The notes beneath the pieces were generated by a model, which worked only from the letters and a program-made list of their open reading frames with translations, did not search any database and had not been told where the DNA came from. Made by a program: the position numbers and the translations under genes. Positions 56,528-64,000 of a DNA stretch of 64,000 bases are shown piece by piece. Numbering within the stretch: the stretch's first letter is position 1; each line of letters opens with the position of its first letter. This DNA is from Patescibacteria group bacterium (lineage in GTDB: Bacteria; Patescibacteriota; Minisyncoccia; Phycocordibacterales; PALSA-1337), in contig JAGWJT010000001.1 of assembly GCA_028865615.1 (NCBI GenBank), positions 1,601 to 65,600 of the forward strand, written 5' to 3'.

Positions 56528-57106
56528 CTAACGGGCATCCTGACCATCCGCCGCAAGGCGGATGGTTGCTTTGCAACGACCAGAAATATGTCGATAGAGT
56601 TCACTCGCGGTTCCTGTTGATTTGTTGTGATAGGATCTGACCAACCAAGCCAATGCATCAGCAAGCCTGATCATTGGACAAGATCTGTCGTCAACGGTCT
56701 TTATAGATTTTACCGACAACCCTCTGCACCGCAAAGATCGCTTTATCTGGCTTTCATACCATTTAGGTTTTTTACCATCGATATATACTTTCTCTACATC
56801 AATCTCCGTTATAAGTGTGGCCATAGAATCATACAGCTCCTTTACCGGATCTATGGGATTATCAACTATCCTGTATTTGAACGAGAATTTCAGTTTAGAG
56901 ACCTTGATGATAAATTGTCTGCGAATAGACCAACCTCTGCGCGATCCGAAATCTGCCCAATGAAAATCGCTAATACCGAGACGTCTTTCAATGTCTTGAA
57001 TGCCGCGACTAACTGCCGTCTCATCTCTAACTCCTACATAGACCGCCACAAAACTCGATCTATCAGATCTTTTGTGTATACCTGATTCATCAATGAATAT
57101 ATGCAT
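56528..57106 (-). CDS. DUF3800-family protein
   Basis: 192 aa; N-terminal MHIFIDESG is characteristic of DUF3800. Confidence 0.55.
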   Translation of the reverse strand: MHIFIDESGIHKRSDRSSFVAVYVGVRDETAVSRGIQDIERRLGISDFHWADFGSRRGWSIRRQFIIKVSKLKFSFKYRIVDNPIDPVKELYDSMATLITEIDVEKVYIDGKKPKWYESQIKRSLRCRGLSVKSIKTVDDRSCPMIRLADALAWLVRSYHNKSTGTASELYRHISGRCKATIRLAADGQDAR

Positions 57107-57222
57107 GCAAAAAAGACTACCGGTGAACGATTAGAAACAGCCCTTTCGAGAAGCTGTGCAACGGATCGACATTGTACCATAGACCACTCCCAAATATGCA
57201 ATCAAAGTGTTATAGTACCGCT

Positions 57223-58995
57223 ATGAATCAACCAAATTCACTCGAACACAAACGCCACACCCTCGCCCATTTGCTCGCGGCGGCAGTGCTAGAAATCCAT
57301 CCCGACGCCAAACCGACCATAGGACCGGCCATAGACAACGGCTTCTATTATGACTTCGATTTCGGCGCCGAGAAATTGACGGACAAAGACTTGAAAGATC
57401 TGGAGAAGAGGATGCGTAAGCTGCTTCCCTCTTGGAAAGAGATGACTGGAAAAGAAGTTTCGAAAGATGATGCTATTCTACAATTCTCTACACCTAACGG
57501 AACTAACGAGTATAAAGCCGAGCTTATAAACGAAATCGTGACTAAAGGTGAAAAGATTACGCTTTACACATCCGGTAAATTCACCGATCTGTGTAGAGGT
57601 GGGCACTCCGAGAATCCTGCCAAGGATATAGCTCCCGATTCATTCAAGCTTTCACGGCTAGCGGGAGCGTATTGGCGCGGCGATGAGAAAAACAAGCAGC
57701 TCACCCGCATATACGGCCTGGCTTTTGATACAAAGAAGGAGCTCGATGAATACGAAACCATGATGAAGGAAGCCGAGAAGCGCGACCACAGGAAGCTCGG
57801 CAAGGAGATGGACATATTCGAATTCGACGACGATGTCGGCCCCGGCCTGCCTCTGTGGCTCCCGAACGGCGCTATCATAGCCGATGAGCTCGAAAAGCTG
57901 GCCAAGGAAACCGAATTCATAAGCGGTTACGACCGCGTCCGCACTCCGCATATAGCAAAGGACTCTATGTACTTGAAAAGCGGCCACCTGCCATACTACG
58001 AAGACTCGATGTTCCCTCCCATGGAATATGAAGGCGGCAAATACTACTTGAAGGCCATGAATTGCCCGCACCATCACAAAATATTCTCCGCCAGACCAAA
58101 GAGCTACCGCGACTTGCCGTTGCGCCTAGCCGAATATGGCACTTGCTATAGGCACGAGAAGTCCGGCGAGCTATTCGGTCTGATGCGCGTACGCATGCTC
58201 GAGATGAACGACGCCCATATATACTGCACGGAGGAGCAATTTGCCGATGAATTCAGGGCCGTGAACGACATGTATCTCAAATATTTCAAGATATTCGGCA
58301 TAGACAAGTACGTCATGCGCTTCTCTACACATGACCCCAAGAAGCTCGGCCAGAAGTATGTCGATGAGCCAGAGCTATGGAAGAAGACGGAGGACATGGT
58401 ACGCAAAGTTCTGGTCGATTCAAAAATCCCCTTCGTCGAGGTGCCGAACGAAGCGGCATTCTACGGCCCAAAGATAGACGTACAGGTATGGTCAGCCATA
58501 GGCCGTGAATTCACTCTGGCCACCAACCAAGTTGACTTCGCCGTACCCAAGAGGTTCAACCTCGTATACGCCGATAAAGACGGCAAGGAAAAGACTCCGC
58601 TTTGCATTCATCGCGCACCGCTAGGGACGCATGAGCGCTTCATAGGATTCTTGATCGAACACTATGGCGGCAACTTCCCCCTGTGGTTGGCGCCTATCCA
58701 GGTCAAAGTCATACCTGTCACGGACGCAGAGGCGCACGTGCGCAAGGCGCAAGAGACACACAAATCCCTGCGCGCCAAAATGATCCGTTCCGAGCTGGCC
58801 GACCCCTCTACCGGTTTCGGCAAGAATATCCGCGCCGCCAAGACCGCCCGCATCCCCTACTTCATCGTCATCGGCGACAAAGACATGGCCGCCGGCAAAG
58901 TCACACTAGAGAGCAGAGACAATGGGCAGGTGGGGCAAATGACGACGGACGAGGTGACGGCAAAATTACTCGGAGAGATGAGCGCCCGGATCTAG
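57223..58995 (+). CDS. thrS: threonyl-tRNA synthetase (lacks the N-terminal TGS domain)
   Basis: Start at MNQPNSLEHKRHTLAHLLAAAV; class II catalytic core and C-terminal anticodon-binding domain. Confidence 0.9.
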   Translation: MNQPNSLEHKRHTLAHLLAAAVLEIHPDAKPTIGPAIDNGFYYDFDFGAEKLTDKDLKDLEKRMRKLLPSWKEMTGKEVSKDDAILQFSTPNGTNEYKAELINEIVTKGEKITLYTSGKFTDLCRGGHSENPAKDIAPDSFKLSRLAGAYWRGDEKNKQLTRIYGLAFDTKKELDEYETMMKEAEKRDHRKLGKEMDIFEFDDDVGPGLPLWLPNGAIIADELEKLAKETEFISGYDRVRTPHIAKDSMYLKSGHLPYYEDSMFPPMEYEGGKYYLKAMNCPHHHKIFSARPKSYRDLPLRLAEYGTCYRHEKSGELFGLMRVRMLEMNDAHIYCTEEQFADEFRAVNDMYLKYFKIFGIDKYVMRFSTHDPKKLGQKYVDEPELWKKTEDMVRKVLVDSKIPFVEVPNEAAFYGPKIDVQVWSAIGREFTLATNQVDFAVPKRFNLVYADKDGKEKTPLCIHRAPLGTHERFIGFLIEHYGGNFPLWLAPIQVKVIPVTDAEAHVRKAQETHKSLRAKMIRSELADPSTGFGKNIRAAKTARIPYFIVIGDKDMAAGKVTLESRDNGQVGQMTTDEVTAKLLGEMSARI

Positions 58996-59048
58996 GTATA
59001 TTCTACTTTTCATTTCACTTCCACGTACAGGAGTAAATATACAGTGGA

Positions 59049-59498
59049 TCACACAACTCCTGTCCACCCCAAATCCTTCGCTCTCTTAAATTCCGCAGCA
59101 ATTATTCTGGCTGATTCTTTGAAACCGTTGCCTGCATCCTCTTCGGTCACAATAACTCTGGCTTTGTATGAATCCTTATGCTCGTTCGCGGTCACATCTA
59201 CAGTTATAACAATACCGTTGAATTCAAAGAAGCCGTCCACTCCATGGAATCGATCAAGGGCGCTACCTACAGCCGTATACATTTCTAATTGATCGGGTTC
59301 GATGCCCATAGCTTCGGCAACTGCATCGTGGAATGAGCCCGCTTCTCCAGTTGGATGATGCGGATCATAAGGCTGATTTTCCTTGACTTCTTCTATAGAC
59401 TGATTGAACTTCAAATATCCACGGGCTTTGATCCTGCATTCGCCCAATACTTCAGTCTCCAATATCTTCCCAGTGTATCCTGACGGTGCTTCGTACAT
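59049..59498 (-). CDS. unknown-family protein, paralog B (shares ~50% identity with 59808..60368)
   Basis: Shared blocks EVLGECRI(K/R)ARGY, GEAG(S/H)FH, YTA(V/I)GSALDRFHG(V/I)DGFF, VTVD.T.N.HKD, ARVIVT(E/A)EDA. Confidence 0.6.
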   Translation of the reverse strand: MYEAPSGYTGKILETEVLGECRIKARGYLKFNQSIEEVKENQPYDPHHPTGEAGSFHDAVAEAMGIEPDQLEMYTAVGSALDRFHGVDGFFEFNGIVITVDVTANEHKDSYKARVIVTEEDAGNGFKESARIIAAEFKRAKDLGWTGVV

Positions 59499-59573
59499 AT
59501 CACAAGTATATCATTACCGACACATATCAGACAAAAGTTAAGGCGCCGGGGACAAAATCCCTGGCGCCTTGTT

Positions 59574-59807
59574 TCAATCATCTTCCGACAAACTTTCGAT
59601 CTCAAGCGATACGTCGCCGTCAAATTCAAGCCCCGGCTTGCATAGCAAGCAAAAGTCGCTCTTGAACTTGACGACAGCATTCACCACTAAACCATTTTGG
59701 ATCCGCTCTTCGAGCTTTCTCTTCAGATCCGGCGTGATTACAGCATAGAATGTCGCTTCGTTGACCGGATGCCTGCCACATCTACTGCATTGGAACAGGA
59801 AGTTCAA
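59574..59807 (-). CDS. small zinc-ribbon protein (CxxC ... CxxC)
   Basis: 77 aa; CSRCG near the N-terminus and CLLCKPG downstream; sits between the two paralogs, abutting the paralog A stop. Confidence 0.45.
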   Translation of the reverse strand: MNFLFQCSRCGRHPVNEATFYAVITPDLKRKLEERIQNGLVVNAVVKFKSDFCLLCKPGLEFDGDVSLEIESLSEDD

Positions 59808-60368
59808 TCAGATCACCCCTTTCCAACCGTGGATGCGCGCATGATCGAACCAGCCGGCGATCTCGTGGGCCGCTTGCCCATACTCGCCAAATTGGCTGAA
59901 TGCGTCTTCGGCAGTCACGATCACTCGCGCCCGAGAAACGTCCTTGTGCGGATTCATTGTGGCGTCAACCGTCACAATAGCCCCTTCGAAATAGAAGAAG
60001 CCGTCAATGCCGTGGAAGCGGTCCAGAGCGCTACCGATCGCGGTGTAGAGTTTGAGGCGCGAGGAGTTGAATCCTCGCACTTTCATACTGTCAGCCACCA
60101 CGCCGTGAAAATGCCCTGCTTCGCCCATCGGCTCATACGGACTACCTGGCTGATTGCGGAAGACCGCGCCCAAGGCTGAGCGGAATGATACGTAGCCCCG
60201 AGCGCGGATCCGGCATTCGCCAAGCACTTCGCGTTCGAAGATACGGCCAGTATAGCCGCGCAGTTCCGGATTACGATCACCGCGCCACATTGCGACGATA
60301 TCAAATGCATTCATATTTTTCATAACTGTATTTCCTCCGTAGTTGTAGTTGTTGATGTTTGCCGTCAA
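59808..60368 (-). CDS. unknown-family protein, paralog A (with a ~35 aa N-terminal extension)
   Basis: 186 aa; same conserved blocks as paralog B. Confidence 0.6.
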   Translation of the reverse strand: MTANINNYNYGGNTVMKNMNAFDIVAMWRGDRNPELRGYTGRIFEREVLGECRIRARGYVSFRSALGAVFRNQPGSPYEPMGEAGHFHGVVADSMKVRGFNSSRLKLYTAIGSALDRFHGIDGFFYFEGAIVTVDATMNPHKDVSRARVIVTAEDAFSQFGEYGQAAHEIAGWFDHARIHGWKGVI

Positions 60369-60509
60369 TTATTCCATTGGAAAGAACGCACTCGCGAACT
60401 CTCTAATGTCAATTATACATGAATAATCATACGTTTGTCAAGCCCACACAAAAAGCCCTGCATTTCAGAGCTTTTTGGTTATTATATTTGGAGCGCACCC
60501 GCGAAACTG

Positions 60510-61820
60510 TTATATCTTCGGCCTGTTGAACAATAGATAGACTACCGTGCTGAACAGGATGATGATAACCAGGACCGCTATCCAACCCCAAGGCACGCCT
60601 TCGAGGGAGAAGAAGGCCGCGCCGGTCTGGCTGGTATTCTGGGCGGCCGGCTGGGTAGGCTGAGTCGTGACCCTGACCGGAGCAGCCGTGGTCCTGCCGG
60701 ACGATACCGTCAAGCTGTTGGAACAAGCCTGAGTGCCGGATAGGCCGTCGGCCGAGGTGACCGTGACGATGGCGCTCTTGTTGCCAGAGGTAGAATAGTA
60801 CTTGATGGCTGACTTGTTCGTGCCGGTCAAACCGTCGGTGCCGGTCCATGAATACTTGTACGGAGCCTGGCCGCCGGTGACCTCGACATTCCAGGTGACA
60901 GGCTGATTGACGGTCGAGTTGGAAGGATCAGAGTAACAACCGATCTGCAAGCCGGAATTGTTATTGTTCGAACCGGAAGAGACGACATATGAACCGCCGA
61001 CGTTGACCGTGTTGGAACAGCTCTGGGTAACTGTCTGGCCGTTCGAGTAGATCGTTACGGAAGCTATCTTGGAACCTGGCGTGGTATAAGTGTAGGATAC
61101 GCTCTGGCTATTGCTGTTGCCGTAAGCGCCCAAACCGTCCGAACCTGACCAGCTATAGGTGTAGTAGCCGCTGCCGCCGGTAACATTGGCACTCCATGTG
61201 ACCGTAGTGCCTACAGGGGAAGATGCGGTATTGGGCGCGCAAGACACGGACAAAGCGGGACTGTAGTTGTAATACGTCGGATAATTGTAATAGTACTGCT
61301 GGGCATAAACGTTGACGCCGCTGTTGCAGGAAACATTTGTGGTCTGACTACCGGAAGTGATCATGACTGAGGCGGTCTTGTAACCGGCATTGTAATAAGT
61401 CATATAAGCCGAAGAACCGTAGCCATACAGACCGTCCGTGCCTGACCAAGCATAGGAATATGAACCTGACCCGCCGGAGACGTTGACGACCCACTGGACG
61501 GAAGATCCCGTCTGGACAGAAGAACTGGTCGGATAACAGGAAGCCGTAAGTGCCGGGTAGTTGTATACCGGATAATTGTAGACGATAGGCTGTGTGTAAA
61601 CAGGCTGATAGACAGGCTGATTGACCACTATGGGCTGAGGATTGTATGTCGTCGGAGAATAGTAGTATCCGTGAGTCGGGACATAGCTATGATCATAATC
61701 ATAGCTGCCGTAATAACCGGCATGTGCATAGGCCGGAAATGCTCCCGCCGCCACAGCCATAACCATCACCATGAAGGCGACGCCGAGAAACACGTTGACT
61801 TTGCCGTTGATATTTTTCAT
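60510..61820 (-). CDS. cell-surface protein: signal peptide, Tyr/Gly-rich region, 3 tandem ~95 aa Ig-like/PKD-like repeats, C-terminal TM anchor
   Basis: 436 aa; repeat consensus SC.P...S...G..V.W..NV.GGSG.Y.Y.WSG.DGL; C-terminal GVPWGWIAVLVIIILFSTVVYLLFNRPKI. Confidence 0.7.
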   Translation of the reverse strand: MKNINGKVNVFLGVAFMVMVMAVAAGAFPAYAHAGYYGSYDYDHSYVPTHGYYYSPTTYNPQPIVVNQPVYQPVYTQPIVYNYPVYNYPALTASCYPTSSSVQTGSSVQWVVNVSGGSGSYSYAWSGTDGLYGYGSSAYMTYYNAGYKTASVMITSGSQTTNVSCNSGVNVYAQQYYYNYPTYYNYSPALSVSCAPNTASSPVGTTVTWSANVTGGSGYYTYSWSGSDGLGAYGNSNSQSVSYTYTTPGSKIASVTIYSNGQTVTQSCSNTVNVGGSYVVSSGSNNNNSGLQIGCYSDPSNSTVNQPVTWNVEVTGGQAPYKYSWTGTDGLTGTNKSAIKYYSTSGNKSAIVTVTSADGLSGTQACSNSLTVSSGRTTAAPVRVTTQPTQPAAQNTSQTGAAFFSLEGVPWGWIAVLVIIILFSTVVYLLFNRPKI

Positions 61821-61972
61821 GTTGGTGGCAATCCCGATCTATCGATGCTTTTGCCATATAAATGGCTCAACATAGCGATATTACGGAATCATTGCCGATT
61901 AAAATTCTAACAACTAGTATTGTATCGCAAAACGATACAAAAGTCAAGGGGCTGAACTCTATACTTTGGCTG

Positions 61973-62045
61973 TGCCGAGGACCAGGATCGAACTGGTGAC
62001 CCTTCCCTCTTCAGGGGAATGCTCTACCAACTGAGCTACCTCGGC
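61973..62045 (-). tRNA. tRNA-Phe (anticodon GAA)
   Basis: Reverse complement folds as gccgagg-ta-gctc-agttggta-gagc-a-ttccc-ctGAAga-gggaa-gggtc-accag-ttcgatc-ctggt-cctcggc-a. Confidence 0.85.
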
Positions 62046-62068
62046 GAGAGGATTTTAAAGTATCGGCT

Positions 62069-62368
62069 CTATTGCTGCTGTAAAAGCTGCTTCAGAGACT
62101 GGGCGGCGTTCTGGACTTGCTGCATGTCCGGCAAGGAACCGTTCTGTGACTGACTGCTTCCACCGCCGCTTCCCAAGCTCGTCAGGAAGTCGAAATACGG
62201 CTGGATCAGATAATAGGCGCCGAACGACAGTACGATGATGACGATCCAATATACGACACGCATGATGATGGCCGTTCTGTTCGAGCGTCGCAGGCCTCGG
62301 AGGATCTTGTTGTTCTCCTCTACGCTGGCCGCGGTGCGTTCCAACAGGGCTCTTTCTTCTGGGGTCAT
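62069..62368 (-). CDS. hypothetical single-TM membrane protein (start assigned to MTPEERALLERT)
   Basis: TM segment IIMRVVYWIVIIVLSFGAYYLI; Gln-rich C-terminus. Confidence 0.4.
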   Translation of the reverse strand: MTPEERALLERTAASVEENNKILRGLRRSNRTAIIMRVVYWIVIIVLSFGAYYLIQPYFDFLTSLGSGGGSSQSQNGSLPDMQQVQNAAQSLKQLLQQQ

Positions 62369-62774
62369 CGCCTGAATCCTAGCAGAAAACCCGAAATGCC
62401 GCAAAGGCACTTGCGGCATGTTAAAATAGATCATATGCACGGTATACCGCTCACAAAACAGGAGATTTTGGCTATAACTAGTCTGAGAAAGACCGGACAC
62501 AGCTTGCCAGAGATCATGAAGATTACAAAAAGAGGTAGTTCAGAGGTTGCGTGTCGGGATAAGGATACATGACGATATAGATAAGGACGATGCCATGGCG
62601 TTCTGGTCGTCATTGCTGGACATGGACCGTTCTCGTATAAAGAGCGTGGAGATCATCCACGGCAATAAGACCGGCAAGCTGCGATACGGCATGTGCCGCC
62701 TGCGAGTTGCAAAAAGCGCCAAGTGCTTTAAACTGCTCATGAGCCTCATAGAAGAGGTCAAGAGACGTTTCGAC

Positions 62775-62846
62775 GCTGCCGTAGTTCAACGGATAGAACG
62801 AGGGACTCCTAAGCCCTAGATGGAGGTTCAATTCCTCCCGGTGGCA
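62775..62846 (+). tRNA. tRNA-Arg (anticodon CCT), CCA encoded
   Basis: Manual fold: acceptor gctgccg/cggtggc (two G-U pairs), D-arm gttc-aacggata-gaac, anticodon loop ctCCTaa, T-arm ggagg-ttcaatt-cctcc, then acca. Confidence 0.7.
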
Positions 62847-62865
62847 CCATAAAATCAAGTTGTAG

Positions 62866-63315
62866 TTATTTCAAAAGATAATCTACAACAGCATCACAAT
62901 ATCCACCGAAGTTGTCTTTGTCTGGCACGAAAAAGCCATATCCGTATTCTTTCGAAAGCTTCTCGATTTCTCCGTTCCTAACAATCGCGTTATTGAACCA
63001 TTGCCTTACAGAAGAGTCGTCTCCTCTTTCTTCTTCCATAATTTTTTTATATACCCAATCACCGTTTTCTTTCGAATGCTTGAGTATGTCATCCAGGTAG
63101 GATTGGTCCTTAAAACCGACAAAGGCAGCCCTTATCTCCAAGGTATTAAGAGTTAACTCTTTGACTCTCTCTGGCGTAACAGTCATGCCTTCATCAGTTC
63201 CTTGAAGATAGTGGTTTTGCCAGAACGGGGCGATCCACCTATAAAATATATCTTCTCCATACGGGTTATTATACATCATCGCCACTACCACCATTCCCTG
63301 TCCTTTGGAACTCAT
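62866..63315 (-). CDS. hypothetical protein
   Basis: 149 aa; no recognisable domain; AT-rich. Confidence 0.45.
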   Translation of the reverse strand: MSSKGQGMVVVAMMYNNPYGEDIFYRWIAPFWQNHYLQGTDEGMTVTPERVKELTLNTLEIRAAFVGFKDQSYLDDILKHSKENGDWVYKKIMEEERGDDSSVRQWFNNAIVRNGEIEKLSKEYGYGFFVPDKDNFGGYCDAVVDYLLK

Positions 63316-64000
63316 GGAGAGCGTCGATGATCGGCGCTATCTTCCCCGCCATGATGGCCGGTAGGTTGTGCCAGGACTCCTTGATGCGGTGGTCTGTGAC
63401 GCGGTCTTGAGGGAAATTGTATGTACGGATCTTCTCGGAGCGGTCGCCGGTGCCTATCTGGCCCTTGCGCTCGGCGGCGAACTTCTTCATGTCCTCTTCG
63501 GCTTTGATGACCTCGAGCTTGGCTTGGAGGATGACCATGGCCCGCTCCTTGTTCGCATTCTGGCTGCGCTCGGCGGTAGAACGGATCATGATGCCGGAAG
63601 GCTTGTGGAACAGGCGTACAGCCGTCTCTACTTTGTTGACGTTCTGGCCGCCTTTGCCGCCGGAACGGGAGAATTCTATCTCTATGTCGGCTGGATTGAT
63701 GACTATCTTGGACTTCTTGCGGATGGGCATGATAGCGACCGACGCTGTAGAAGTGTGAATGCGCCCAGATTTTTCAGTCTCCGGCACTCTCTGGACACGA
63801 TGCACTCCGGTCTCCCAGCGCAGATCATCATAAGCCCCCTTTCCCTTCACTTCCATAGACGCTTCCTTGTAACCGCCGAGGTCGTTCTTGGATTCGTCGA
63901 CTATCTTGGTGGACCAGCCTTTTGAAGCGGCATAGGCTCTGTACATGCCTAGAAGCTCGGCCGCGAACAGAGCCGCCTCGTCGCCTCCGGCGCCGGCACG
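63269..64000 (-). CDS. prfA: peptide chain release factor 1 (partial; N-terminus beyond the window end)
   Basis: GGQ motif ([17 protein letters not shown]); RVPETE tripeptide region is the RF1-type PxT; the in-frame upstream [20 protein letters not shown] matches the RF1 core, so the gene continues past 64000. Confidence 0.85.
   Translation of the reverse strand, partial: RAGAGGDEAALFAAELLGMYRAYAASKGWSTKIVDESKNDLGGYKEASMEVKGKGAYDDLRWETGVHRVQRVPETEKSGRIHTSTASVAIMPIRKKSKIVINPADIEIEFSRSGGKGGQNVNKVETAVRLFHKPSGIMIRSTAERSQNANKERAMVILQAKLEVIKAEEDMKKFAAERKGQIGTGDRSEKIRTYNFPQDRVTDHRIKESWHNLPAIMAGKIAPIIDALHEFQRTGNGGSGDDV

Noticed and set aside
62547-62819. 90-aa ORF MRVGIRIHDD...
   Set aside because: It overlaps the hand-folded tRNA-Arg(CCT) by 45 nt and has no recognisable similarity. 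It is kept as doubtful only in the findings.
1-64000. Alternative genetic code (UGA read as Gly or Trp, as in some reduced genomes)
   Set aside because: TGA terminates well-conserved genes at the expected positions (murG at 1308-1310, the corA-like gene at 12517-12519). The standard bacterial code fits.

Overview
64 kb chromosomal segment, dense and mostly housekeeping, using the standard bacterial code (TGA, TAG and TAA all act as stops; murG and corA end in TGA). Gene content includes murG, gltX, rpmA, rplI, ctpA, cysS, dnaB, recR, rplU, rmuC, tatD, valS, tsaD, mreBCD plus a second mreB, proS, rseP, frr, a holB-like gene, murA, priA-like, def-fmt, hpf, rnhB, dnaE, thrS and prfA (partial at the window edge), plus four tRNAs (Asn-GTT, Leu-TAA, Phe-GAA, Arg-CCT). 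Several proteins have reduced architectures: a short ValRS, ThrRS without its N-terminal domain, PriA without a Walker A, and a delta-prime subunit without a P-loop. There are also many secreted Ser/Thr-rich proteins. Together these suggest, by inference only, a small-genome Patescibacteria/CPR-like organism. Non-housekeeping content: (1) five copies of a ~120 bp palindromic intergenic element with a conserved core and locus-specific perfectly complementary outer arms; (2) in-frame insertions bounded by terminal inverted repeats inside dnaE and tsaD, translated as low-complexity linkers; (3) a decayed accessory cluster (RhuM, a half MFS transporter, a CYTH fragment, NUDIX, DUF3800); (4) an operon of two paralogous unknown-family genes flanking a zinc-ribbon gene; (5) a solitary MazF/PemK-like gene; (6) a secreted HAF-repeat/lipase protein whose C-terminal module is shared with another secreted protein; (7) a conserved A-rich tandem motif in three divergent promoter regions; (8) a candidate small RNA with a consensus promoter and an intrinsic terminator. 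No CRISPR array, rRNA or intact transposase was seen.
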